From positions 416,001 to 480,000 of the forward strand of contig CAWDVP010000002.1 of assembly GCA_963805945.1 (NCBI GenBank): a DNA stretch of 64,000 nt, in the 5' to 3' direction. This DNA is from Vulcanimicrobiota bacterium (GTDB lineage: Bacteria; Vulcanimicrobiota; Vulcanimicrobiia; Eremiobacterales; Eremiobacteraceae). Under the pieces are notes generated by a model. It had not been told where the DNA came from and made no database searches. It was given only the letters and a program-made list of their open reading frames with translations. A program made the translations under genes and the position numbers. The stretch's first letter is position 1. Each line of letters begins with the position of its first letter. Positions 55,430-64,000 of the stretch are shown here, piece after piece.

Positions 55430-56128
55430 GCGGGCGCCGGAACTGCCGGCGCGCATCCCGCGTTCCCATCCGCACCGCTCGTGATCGTTCCGGAGAAGAT
55501 CTTGCCGCGGTGGTCGCCGCTGCGTGCGCGGCATCAGCCCGCCGGACGACGTCGTATGCGTCTCGGAGACGGTCGGTGGCGATCGCGCAAGGCCGCTCGA
55601 TCCCCGCAGAGTCGATCCGGCCGAGCGGCTCGCCGACATGCTCGCAGAGCGTGCCGGGTCGTATGCCACGATGAATCAGCCCGAGTCCATGCAGCTCGTG
55701 CATCGAGAACGTCGGCGACGCTCAAGGTGCTGGCGGCTGCAGCCGCCGGCGCTGGCCGGTCGCCTCGTCGGCCGGCGCGGCGATTTCTATCGCGTCCTCG
55801 GACCGGCCGTGGCGGAGATCGACGGCTATACCGGCACGATGCCGCCGTACGAGCGCCACATCGTCCTCGGCCCGCGCGAGACCGGACACGGCCGCCGCAG
55901 CACGATCGCGCAGGCATGCGGCGCGCACGCCGCGGTGGTGGACGCGAACGATCTCAGGAAGGTCGAAGGTGCTCGGCGCAAGCGCAGCGGGTCGGACGCG
56001 CGATGCCGTGCGGCGAGTGCCTGCGCCACAATCCGCCGGCAACAGCGACCAGCAGACGCCGGTGGTCGTGCTTTTGAAATACCGCCCGGCCGGCGGCGCG
56101 CCCGCGCAGTCGCCGTTGTCGCGCATGA
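55430..56128 (+). CDS. F420-0:gamma-glutamyl ligase (CofE)-like protein inserted in dcw (frameshifted, start uncertain)
   Basis: Stitched frames: VPIRT..GEDL, DDVVCVSET.VAIAQGR, GDFYRVLG...AEIDGYTGTMPPYERHIVLGP, AVVDANDL, N.AGNSDQQTPVV. Confidence 0.78.
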
Positions 56129-57100
56129 TGTCTGGATGCGCAGATCATCCTCGGGTTCGCCATCGGCGGCGTCGTCGCCGCGGTGGTGGTCCCCGCCACC
56201 ATCGGCTGGCAGCGCCGCCGCGATGCTCGGCCAGCATGATCTACGAAGACGGGCCGTCAGTCGCATGGCGTGAAACAGGGCACGCCGACGATGGGCGGCA
56301 TCGCGTTCGTCGGCGGCGGCGGCGATCGGTTCGCGCTGGGCGGCGCCTCTCGCGCAGTCGAGCACGATTGCCTCATGCTGATGCTCGTCGTGTGCGCGGG
56401 CGCGATCGGCTTCGCCGACGACTATCTCAAACTGTCCTGCGCCGCCCCCTCGGGCTGCGCGCGCGCTGGAAGTTCTTGCTGCTCTTCGTGCTCGCCGCGG
56501 GCTTCGTGGCGTACGAGGCCCAGGCGGACCCGCACCATTTCACGTCGCTGTGGTTCACCGGCTGGGTGACGCTGGCGCCGTGGCTGTGGGCGCTCCTCGC
56601 CGTCTCGCGATCGTCGGGCGCCGCCAACGCGGTGAACCTCACCGACGGGCTCGACGGGCTCGCCGCCGGCACGGCGATCCCCGCCGCTGCTGCTGCTCGG
56701 CTTCATGGCGCCGAGCACGCTCGCGGTGGCGGTCGTCGGAGCCGCGACGGGCTTCCTCTACTTCAACACGCATCCGGCGCGCATCTTCATGGGCGACACC
56801 GGCTCGCTCGCGCTCGGCGCACTGCTCGGCGGGCTGGCGATCCAGATGGACTGGCTGCTGCTGCTCGCCGGTGCTCGGCATCGTCTTCGTGGCGGAGGCG
56901 CTCTCGGTGATGGCGCAAGTGCTCGAGCTTCAAGCTCACGGGCAAGCGCATCTTCCGCATGACGCCGCTCCATCACCACTTCGAGATGCTCGGTTGGCCC
57001 GAGACAACGCGTCACGCTCGTCTTCATCCTTGCGTCCGCCGCCGCGAGTTTCATCACGTTCTTCGGCTTGCTGCTCGCGCTCACGCGAGGCCATCACTGA
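56125..57100 (+). CDS. mraY: Phospho-MurNAc-pentapeptide transferase (frameshifted)
   Basis: [56 protein letters not shown]. Confidence 0.93.
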
Positions 57101-57103
57101 CAG

Positions 57104-58513
57104 ATGCCGAACGACGCTGCAGTGATGTTCCACGACGGCGACCGGGCGCTGGTGATCGGCGTCGGCCGCAGCGGCATGGCCACGGCGGCTGTGCTGCGCT
57201 ACCGCGGTCTTTCCGTCACCGCGTACGACGACAAAGCGCCGGATCGAGCTCACGTGCGCAGCGCGCCGACCTCGCGCGCATCAGAGTGGAACTCGTCGGC
57301 CCCGAAGCCCTGCGCCGCGCTTCCGAGGGCGCGAGCACGCCATCCTCTCGCCGGGCGTGCCGCTTCAACAGTCCGGCGGTGCTCGAGGTCCAGCGTGCCG
57401 GCGTCCAGGTGATCTCCGAGATCGAAGCCGCCTATCGCATCGCGCAAGGCGCCGATCATCGCCATCACCGGCAGCAAGGGCAAATCGACGACCACCGCGC
57501 TCATCGGCCATCTGCTGCGCGCGGCCGGCATTCCGAGCGCGCGTCGGCGGCAACATCGGCAATCCGCTCATCCTCGAGACAGCCGCCGCTGCGGCCGACG
57601 AGTGGGTCGTCGCCGAGGTCTCGAGCTTCCAGCTCGAAGGCATCTCCACGTTCCGCCCGCGCATGAGCGCGCTGCTCAACCTCACCCCGGATCACCTCGA
57701 TCGCTACCCTTCATGGAAGAGTACCGCGAAGCCAAGTATCGCATCTTCGCCAATCAGAGGCGCGGGCGACGTGTTCATCGGCAACGCTGCGGACGAGCAT
57801 TCGCGGCGCCCTGCGCACGGGCGCCGGCCGGCACGGTCCCATGCCGGCGTTCTGGTTCGCCGCCGACGAACGGACCGCTGCTCGCGATGTCGCTGCCGAC
57901 GGGAACATCGTATGGCGCGCGACTAGGACGTGGCCGCCATCCCGCTCCTCGACGTCGCGGATCTGCGCATCCGCGGCGCGCATAACATCGCCAACGCCAT
58001 GGCCGCATCGCTTGCCGAGCTTGCTGGCGGGCGCGCAGCATCGAGGCGGTGCGCGAAGGGCCTGCGCTGCTTTGAGCCATGCCGCATCGTCTGCAGCTCG
58101 TCGCGGAGCACGCGCGGCACCTGGATCGACGACAGCAAAGCTCCAAATCCGGATGCGGTCGTCAAAGGCGCCTGCAGTCGTTCGACACCCCGATCATCCT
58201 CATCGCCGGCGGCACGCAGCAAGAAGACCGATTTCGCCGAGATGGCCGGCCGCGTCGCAGCGCGCGAAGCTGGTCGTGCTCATCGGCGAGAGCGCGCGCG
58301 AGATCGCGGCGCTCATCCAAGCGCCGAGCGTCGTTCGCGCAGAACATGGAGGAGGCGGTCGGACCGCGGCCGCAGAGCGCGCCGAGCCGGCGACGTCGTC
58401 CTGCTCTCGCCCGGCTGCGCTTCGTTCGACATGTTCGAGAGCGCCGAACAGCGCGGCGAGCGTTCGCCGAGCCGCGGTCGCGCAGCGCGTCAACGCCGGA
58501 GCGAGCCGCATGA
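57104..58513 (+). CDS. murD: UDP-MurNAc-L-Ala:D-Glu ligase (frameshifted)
   Basis: [57 protein letters not shown]. Confidence 0.92.
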
Positions 58514-59655
58514 TGCAGCGCCGCGCGCCGGACGCGATCTTGCTCGTCATCACCGGCCTGCTCACCGCGGTCGGCGCGATCATGGTGTTCTCCGCCTCGT
58601 CGGTCGTCGGCATCACGCAGTACCACGACGCGGCGCATTTCTTCAAGCGCGAACTGCTGTGGATCGGGGTGGGCGCGCGCCGCCTGCTGGCTCGGCATGA
58701 AGCTCGACTACGGCGGAGCTGCGCCGCGCCGCGCCCTGGTTGTTCGGCGTCGCGGTCGTGCTGCTCGTCGGCGTGCTCTTCCCGCACATCGGCACCATGG
58801 AGGGCGGCGCGCGGCGCTGGTATGCGTTCGGCTCGTTCTCGTTCGAGCCGTCGGAGTTCGCCAAGCTGCGCCATCGTGCTGTTGCATCGCGCAAGCCTGG
58901 TCGCGCGATCGCGAAGATGGCGCGCGCGTTTCGCGCGATCGGTTTTCCCGCGCTCTTCTGGGTCGGCGTGTGCTTCATGCTCGTGCATGCGCCAGCCGGA
59001 CTTCGGCACGGCGACGCTCTTCTTGATGACCGCGTTCGTGATGCTGTTCGTCGGCGGTGCGCGGATCACGCATCTCTTCATCGACGCTCGCCGTCGCCGT
59101 GCCCGCGCTGCTCGCGTTCGTCTTTTCGAGCCAGTACCGGCGCGAACGCTTCACCGCGTTTTTCACCCGTGGCAGGATCCGCAAGGACGCGGCTACCACA
59201 TCCTCCAGTCGCTCTATGCGCTTGGATCGGGCGGCCTGTTCGGCGTCGGCCTGGGGCAGAGCCGCCAGAAGTTCGGCTATCTGCCCGAGCAGTACACCGA
59301 CTTCATCTTCTCGGTCATCGGCGAGGAGCTCGGGCTCATCGGCGCGGTCGCCGTGCTGGCCCTGTTCCTGCTGCTCGCGTATCGCGGGTTGCGCATCGCG
59401 ATGAAGGCCGAGGATCGCTTCGGCTTCTTCCTGGCGGTCGGCATCACCGCGCGATCGCGCTCCAGGCGTTCATCAATATCGGCGTCGTCACGTCGACGTG
59501 GCCGGTGACGGGCGTGCCGCTGCCGTTCATCAGCTACGGGGGCACGTCGCTGGTCATGAGCTTGTTCGGTGTCGGCCTGCTGGCCAGCATCTCGCGCGGT
59601 CGATCGCGGGCGGCGCTTGCCGCGGACGAACGGACGAGGGATCCACGCAGTGCGC
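58510..59655 (+). CDS. ftsW: SEDS peptidoglycan glycosyltransferase FtsW (frameshifted; end approximate)
   Basis: MVFSAS, GARRW, EPSEFAK, QPDFGT, YLPEQYTDFIFSVIGEELG, TGVPLPFISYGG. Confidence 0.92.
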
Positions 59656-60845
59656 ATCCTGCTCACCGGCGGCGGCACGGGCGGTCATCTGTACCCCGCG
59701 CTGTCACTAGCACAGGCGCTCTCCGGCGCGCCCGCTGACCCTGGGGTCTGCGACCCGAACGACGAGCCGCGATTGGGTTTTCCCAACGACGCACATCAGC
59801 TGATGTTCGTGGGGACGCGCGGCGGCATGGAAAAGGCCATCGTCGAGCGAGCGCATCTCGCCGCTGCGTACGTGCGCAGCCGGCCGTTGTCGCGGACCTC
59901 GTTCGCCGCCGCCGCGAGCGGGCTTGCCGCCAACGTCGTCGGCACGGCGAGGCGATGCCCATCGTCCGGAAGTTCAAGCCCGAAGTCGATCATCGCCACC
60001 GGCGGCTACGCGAGCGTGCCCGTGGTGATGGCCGCGGCCGCGCTGCGCGCGTCGGGCGCGCTGCGCGCCAAGATCGTGCTCATCGAACCCAACGTCGAGC
60101 CGGGCCTCGCCAATCGCCTCATGGCCGCGCCGCCGACGAGGTGTGGGGAGCCTATCCGAAGAGACGGCCGCGTTCTTTCGGCCGCAAGTTCGTCGCCACG
60201 GGCATCCCGGTGCGGCCGGAGATCTACGCGCCGGCCCGACCCAGGTCGAAGCGCGGCGCAGCCTCGGGCTGGATCCCGGAAGCTCACCACCGTCATCGTG
60301 TTCGGCGGCAGCCAGGGCGCGCGCCAGATCAACGTCGCGGTGAGCGGCATGGTGGCGCGGCGCCGCCTGCCCGCGGCCTGGCAGGTCTTGCACATCACAG
60401 GTGAGCGCGATTACAGTGGATGGCGACCGAGCGCAAGGTCGAGGCGAACGCCAACCGCTACCAGCTGGTGCAGTACCAGGACAAAATGGAGCTAGCCTAC
60501 GCGGCGGCAGATGTGGCCGTCTGCCGAGCCGGCGCCTCGACCCTGGCCGAGCTGGCCGTGGTCGGCCTGCCCTCTATCCTCATGCCCTACCCGCACGCCG
60601 CCGACGACCACCAGCGCAAGAACGCCGACGTCTTCGTGCGCCACAACGCGGCGGTGCTCGTCGAGGACGCCAAGCTCGACGCCGACTCGCTCTACTGGGC
60701 GCTCACCGGGGTGCTCGAGGCCGACAAACTGGCGGCGATGCGCTTCGGCGCGGTGTCGCTGTCGCATCCGCGCGCGTTGCAGACGATGATCGAGCGGATC
60801 ATCAAAGGGCAGATCGGTGTGACCCACGTGACAAAGCATGCGTAG
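59650..60845 (+). CDS. murG: MurG glycosyltransferase (frameshifted)
   Basis: TGGGTGGHLYP, TGGYAS, EPN..PGLANR, FGGSQGA, CRAGASTLAE, HQ..NA. Confidence 0.93.
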
Positions 60846-60894
60846 TGCCACCGAAGGGGGCGGATGCTGGGACACCTAAACAAGTCCACCTGAA

Positions 60895-62314
60895 ATGATT
60901 TCGTACAAACACGTCCATTTCGTCGGTATCGGCGGCGTCGGCATGAGCGCCATAGCGCGCGTGCTGCTCGCCATGGGCATCGCGCGTGTCCGGCTCCGAC
61001 CTCAAGACCACCAACACGCTCGAGAAGCTGCGTCTGCTCGGCGCGCGCGTCCATCTCGGCCACGGCTCGGGCAACATCAAGGGCGCCGACGCGGTGGTCA
61101 TCTCCTCCGCCATCCCGCTCGACAACCCCGAGGTCGTCGCCGCGCAGCGCGCGCACGTGCCGGTGCTGCAGCGCGCCGAGATGCTCGCGCAGATCATGGC
61201 CGACAAGCGTTCGGTGGCGGTGTCGGGCACGCACGGCAAGACCACCACGACCTCGATGATCTCGCTCGTGCTCGACGCGGGCGGCTTCGAGTCGACCGTG
61301 CTCATCGGCGGCGAGGTGAACGATCTCGGCGCCAACGCGCGGCTCGGCAGCGGCGACGTCGTCGTCGCGGAAGCCGACGAGAGCGACGCGTCGTTCCTGC
61401 GGCTCACGCCCACCTATGCTGTCGTCACCAATATCGAGAACGATCATCTCGGCTACTATCGCGATCTCGAACATCTCATCGAGACGTTCTCGCTTTTCAT
61501 CAACCGCGTGCCGCCGCATGGCTGCATCATCGCGTCGGCCGACTGCAAAGCGGTCGGCGAGCTCATCCGGCGCTTCCACGAATCCCCCAAACTGCTCGGC
61601 GATCCCGCCGTCATCACCGCCGGCTTCGCGTCTGCGGCGACGGTGCGCGCCGACGACGTCCGCCTGGCCGATTTCGGCTCGCGCTTCGCGGCGTATTACC
61701 GCGATGAGCCGCTCGGCGACCTGGCCCTACGCGTGCCGGGGCGCATCAACGTGCACAACGCGCTGTGCGCGCTCGCCGTCGGGCTGCAGTTCGGCGTGCC
61801 GTTCGAGAAGATCGCGCACGCGCTCGGCCGCTTCCGCGGCGTCGCGCGGCGCTTCCAGATACTGTACGACGGCGACGCGCTCAAGATCGTCGACGACTAC
61901 GCGCACCACCCGACCGCGGTCGAAGAGACGATCGCGGCGGCGCGGGCGTATTGGCCCGGGCACATCGTCGTCGCGTTCCAGCCGCATCGCTACAGCCGCA
62001 CCGCATACCTGTTCCGCGACTTCGCGCACGCGCTGCTCGGCGCCGACGAGATCATCGTCACCGACATCTACGCGGCAGGCGAAGTGCCGCTGCCGGGCGT
62101 GCGCGCCGAATCGATCGTCGAGTGCGTCCGCGATCTCAACGCCGCGAAGAAGGTGACGTACCTGCCCAAGCCCGCGGACGTGCTCGCGTACCTGCAGCGG
62201 ACCGTCGGCTCGGGCGATCTCGCGCTCACCCTCGGCGCCGGCGACATCGGCGGCGTCGCGCACGAGCTGGCGGCGTCGCTTTCGGCCGCGGACGCCGGCG
62301 TCGGTTCAGTGTGA
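60895..62314 (+). CDS. murC: UDP-MurNAc:L-Ala ligase (one indel near 60985)
   Basis: HFVGIGGVGMS, SGTHGKTTTTSM, EADESD, TNIENDHL, DDYAHHPT, FQPHRYSRT. Confidence 0.95.
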
Positions 62315-62324
62315 GGCGCGCGCG

Positions 62325-63245
62325 TTGAGCAGCTTGACCCCGCACGCCGGCTTCGAATTGAACGACGCGCAGCGCGACCTGCTCAAGGCGACGCTCGGCA
62401 AGAGCATCGAATTCGACGTGCCGCTGGCGCCCAAGACGTCGATGCGAGTCGGCGGACCGGCGGCGGCGTATGCCGAGGTCGGCGCCATCGTCAACCTGGC
62501 GGCCGGCTTGAGCTTGTGCGAACTCGAGAAGATCCCATGGACGATCATCGGCTTCGGCAGCAACCTGCTGGTGAGCGACGCGGGCTTTCCCGGCTTGGTC
62601 GTGCGGCTCGTCGGCGATTTCACCAAAGTGACGATCAACGGCTCGATGGTGCGGGCCGGCGGCGCGACGCCGATGGTCTCGCTGTGCCGCGAGGCCGCGC
62701 TCGCGGGTCTTGCCGGCACGGAGGCGCTGGTCGGAATCCCCGGCACGGTCGGCGGCGCGGTGCGCATGAACGCCGGCACGGACGTCGAGTTCGGCGACAT
62801 CATCAAACGCGTCGAAGTGCTCGTCGCGGGCGAGCCGATGCAGGGCTTCACGCTGCCGGAGTTCGCATACCGCCGCTCCTCGCTCGACCGGCGGGCGGTC
62901 GTCACCGCTGCCGAGCTCGAGCTGCACCCTGGCGACACCTCCGAGCTGCAGGCGGAACTGAAGCGCCGCATCGCGCACCGCAACAAGACGCAGCCGCTGG
63001 ACCTGCCCAACTCGGGCAGCATCTTCCGCAATCCAGAAGGTGACTATGCCGCCCGGCTCATCGAGAGCGCCGACTGCAAGGGCCTGACGATCGGCGGCGC
63101 GCAGGTCTCGGAAAAGCACGCCAACTTCATCGTCAACCGAGGCGGCGCCACGTGCGCGGACGTGCTGGCCTTGATCGAGCAAGTACGGGAGGCTGTCAAG
63201 CAGCGCCACGGCGTCGAGTTGGAGCTCGAGGTCCACGTCCTCTAA
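62325..63245 (+). CDS. murB: UDP-N-acetylenolpyruvoylglucosamine reductase
   Basis: RVGGPA, G.GSNLL, GIPGTVGGAVRMNAG, QPL..PNSGSIFRNP, HANFIVN, LELEV. Confidence 0.96.
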   Translation: MSSLTPHAGFELNDAQRDLLKATLGKSIEFDVPLAPKTSMRVGGPAAAYAEVGAIVNLAAGLSLCELEKIPWTIIGFGSNLLVSDAGFPGLVVRLVGDFTKVTINGSMVRAGGATPMVSLCREAALAGLAGTEALVGIPGTVGGAVRMNAGTDVEFGDIIKRVEVLVAGEPMQGFTLPEFAYRRSSLDRRAVVTAAELELHPGDTSELQAELKRRIAHRNKTQPLDLPNSGSIFRNPEGDYAARLIESADCKGLTIGGAQVSEKHANFIVNRGGATCADVLALIEQVREAVKQRHGVELELEVHVL

Positions 63246-63344
63246 CGCCCCCTGTCCCGCAAGAGGATGACGTTTCGTCGAGTCGGAAACGGACGGGCGT
63301 CGGGGTGCGATTACCGCATGCCCATCATGAGGAGGCTCTTCAAC

Positions 63345-64000
63345 ATGAGAAGCTGGTCCAAGCTTTTCTTAGTGGCGATTTTCGTCGTGGCATTGCGCGC
63401 TCCGGCCGGCGCAGTCACCTTCACGGCGACCATCAGCGCCGTGCCCACCACGTATAACGGCTCGTGCCCGGGCGCCATCAAGTTCACGGGCGGCGTGAGC
63501 GCGTTCAACTGGGCTGCTGGCGAGAAGAAAGAGATCCAGTATCAATGGATCCGCAGCGATAGTTCGAAGTCGACCATCAAGACGCTCGACTTCAGCGACG
63601 GCTCGAAATCCAAATCGGTCTCGACGACCTGGACGTTGGGCGGCCCCGGCACGCAGTACAAAGGCTACGAGACGCTCGCCGTGGTGTATCCGCGCTCGGG
63701 CATCTCGAACCAGGCGCATTTCACGCTGAACTGCACCGGCACCGCGGTCACGGTCGTGGTGATCCAGATGGCGACGCCGCCACCGGTCACCCTCAGCGCG
63801 ATGCTGCAGGCCCATCCGGTCTCGGCGCCCGGCCCGTGCCCGTTCCCGTTCCAGTTCTTCGGCAGCATCACGGCCGGTGCGTTTCCGGCGGGAGTGACGC
63901 CGGAAGTCGACTATCAGTTCGTGCGCAGCAGCGGCGAGAAGTCCGACGTGCACACGCTGACGTTCGACGCGGCCGGCGGGACCAAGAAGATCAGCGACGT
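63345..64000 (+). CDS. Secreted protein with tandem Ig-like beta repeats (runs off window; absent from ORF track)
   Basis: AGGAGG RBS; signal peptide MRSWSKLFLVAIFVVALRAPAGA; repeats GSCPGAIKFTG..IQYQWIRSD and GPCPFPFQFFG..VDYQFVRSS. Confidence 0.8.
   Translation, partial: MRSWSKLFLVAIFVVALRAPAGAVTFTATISAVPTTYNGSCPGAIKFTGGVSAFNWAAGEKKEIQYQWIRSDSSKSTIKTLDFSDGSKSKSVSTTWTLGGPGTQYKGYETLAVVYPRSGISNQAHFTLNCTGTAVTVVVIQMATPPPVTLSAMLQAHPVSAPGPCPFPFQFFGSITAGAFPAGVTPEVDYQFVRSSGEKSDVHTLTFDAAGGTKKISD

Overview
High-GC core-chromosome window from a diderm bacterium. The gene content (single lptF/G, lptC, lptD-like, lnt, short ~400-aa S1, stalk-domain protein) fits a diderm Terrabacterium such as Eremiobacterota; that assignment is inference only. 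In order, the window holds: phoU-pstSCAB with a Pho-box array, a second divergent pstC/A/B module, CBS and cystathionine gamma-lyase/synthase, iclR and tldD-tldE, tRNA-Leu(CAG)-gdh-egtD, a minus-strand EAL/PilZ/PRTase/OpuC-type ABC run, polA-mutM-rpsA-coaE, a RelE/HigB-XRE toxin-antitoxin pair, pgi/pmi, an envelope cluster (slt-lptFG-lptD, lnt-lptC), and the dcw cluster from mraZ to murB. Dense 1-bp indels at about 13.9-15, 16.7-19, 30-33 and 49-61 kb hit essential genes and are read as sequencing errors, so coordinates there are approximate. The best candidates for new biology are (1) a CofE/F420-ligase-like gene between murF and mraY, a possible peptidoglycan-precursor amide ligase, and (2) an intact but catalytically degenerate second PstCAB with a pseudo-ATPase. 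Also notable are two GTAG-type REP families and a small membrane-protein cassette flanked by a 52-bp duplication of the overlapping pgi/lptC 3' ends. No CRISPR array, rRNA, transposase or integrase was seen.
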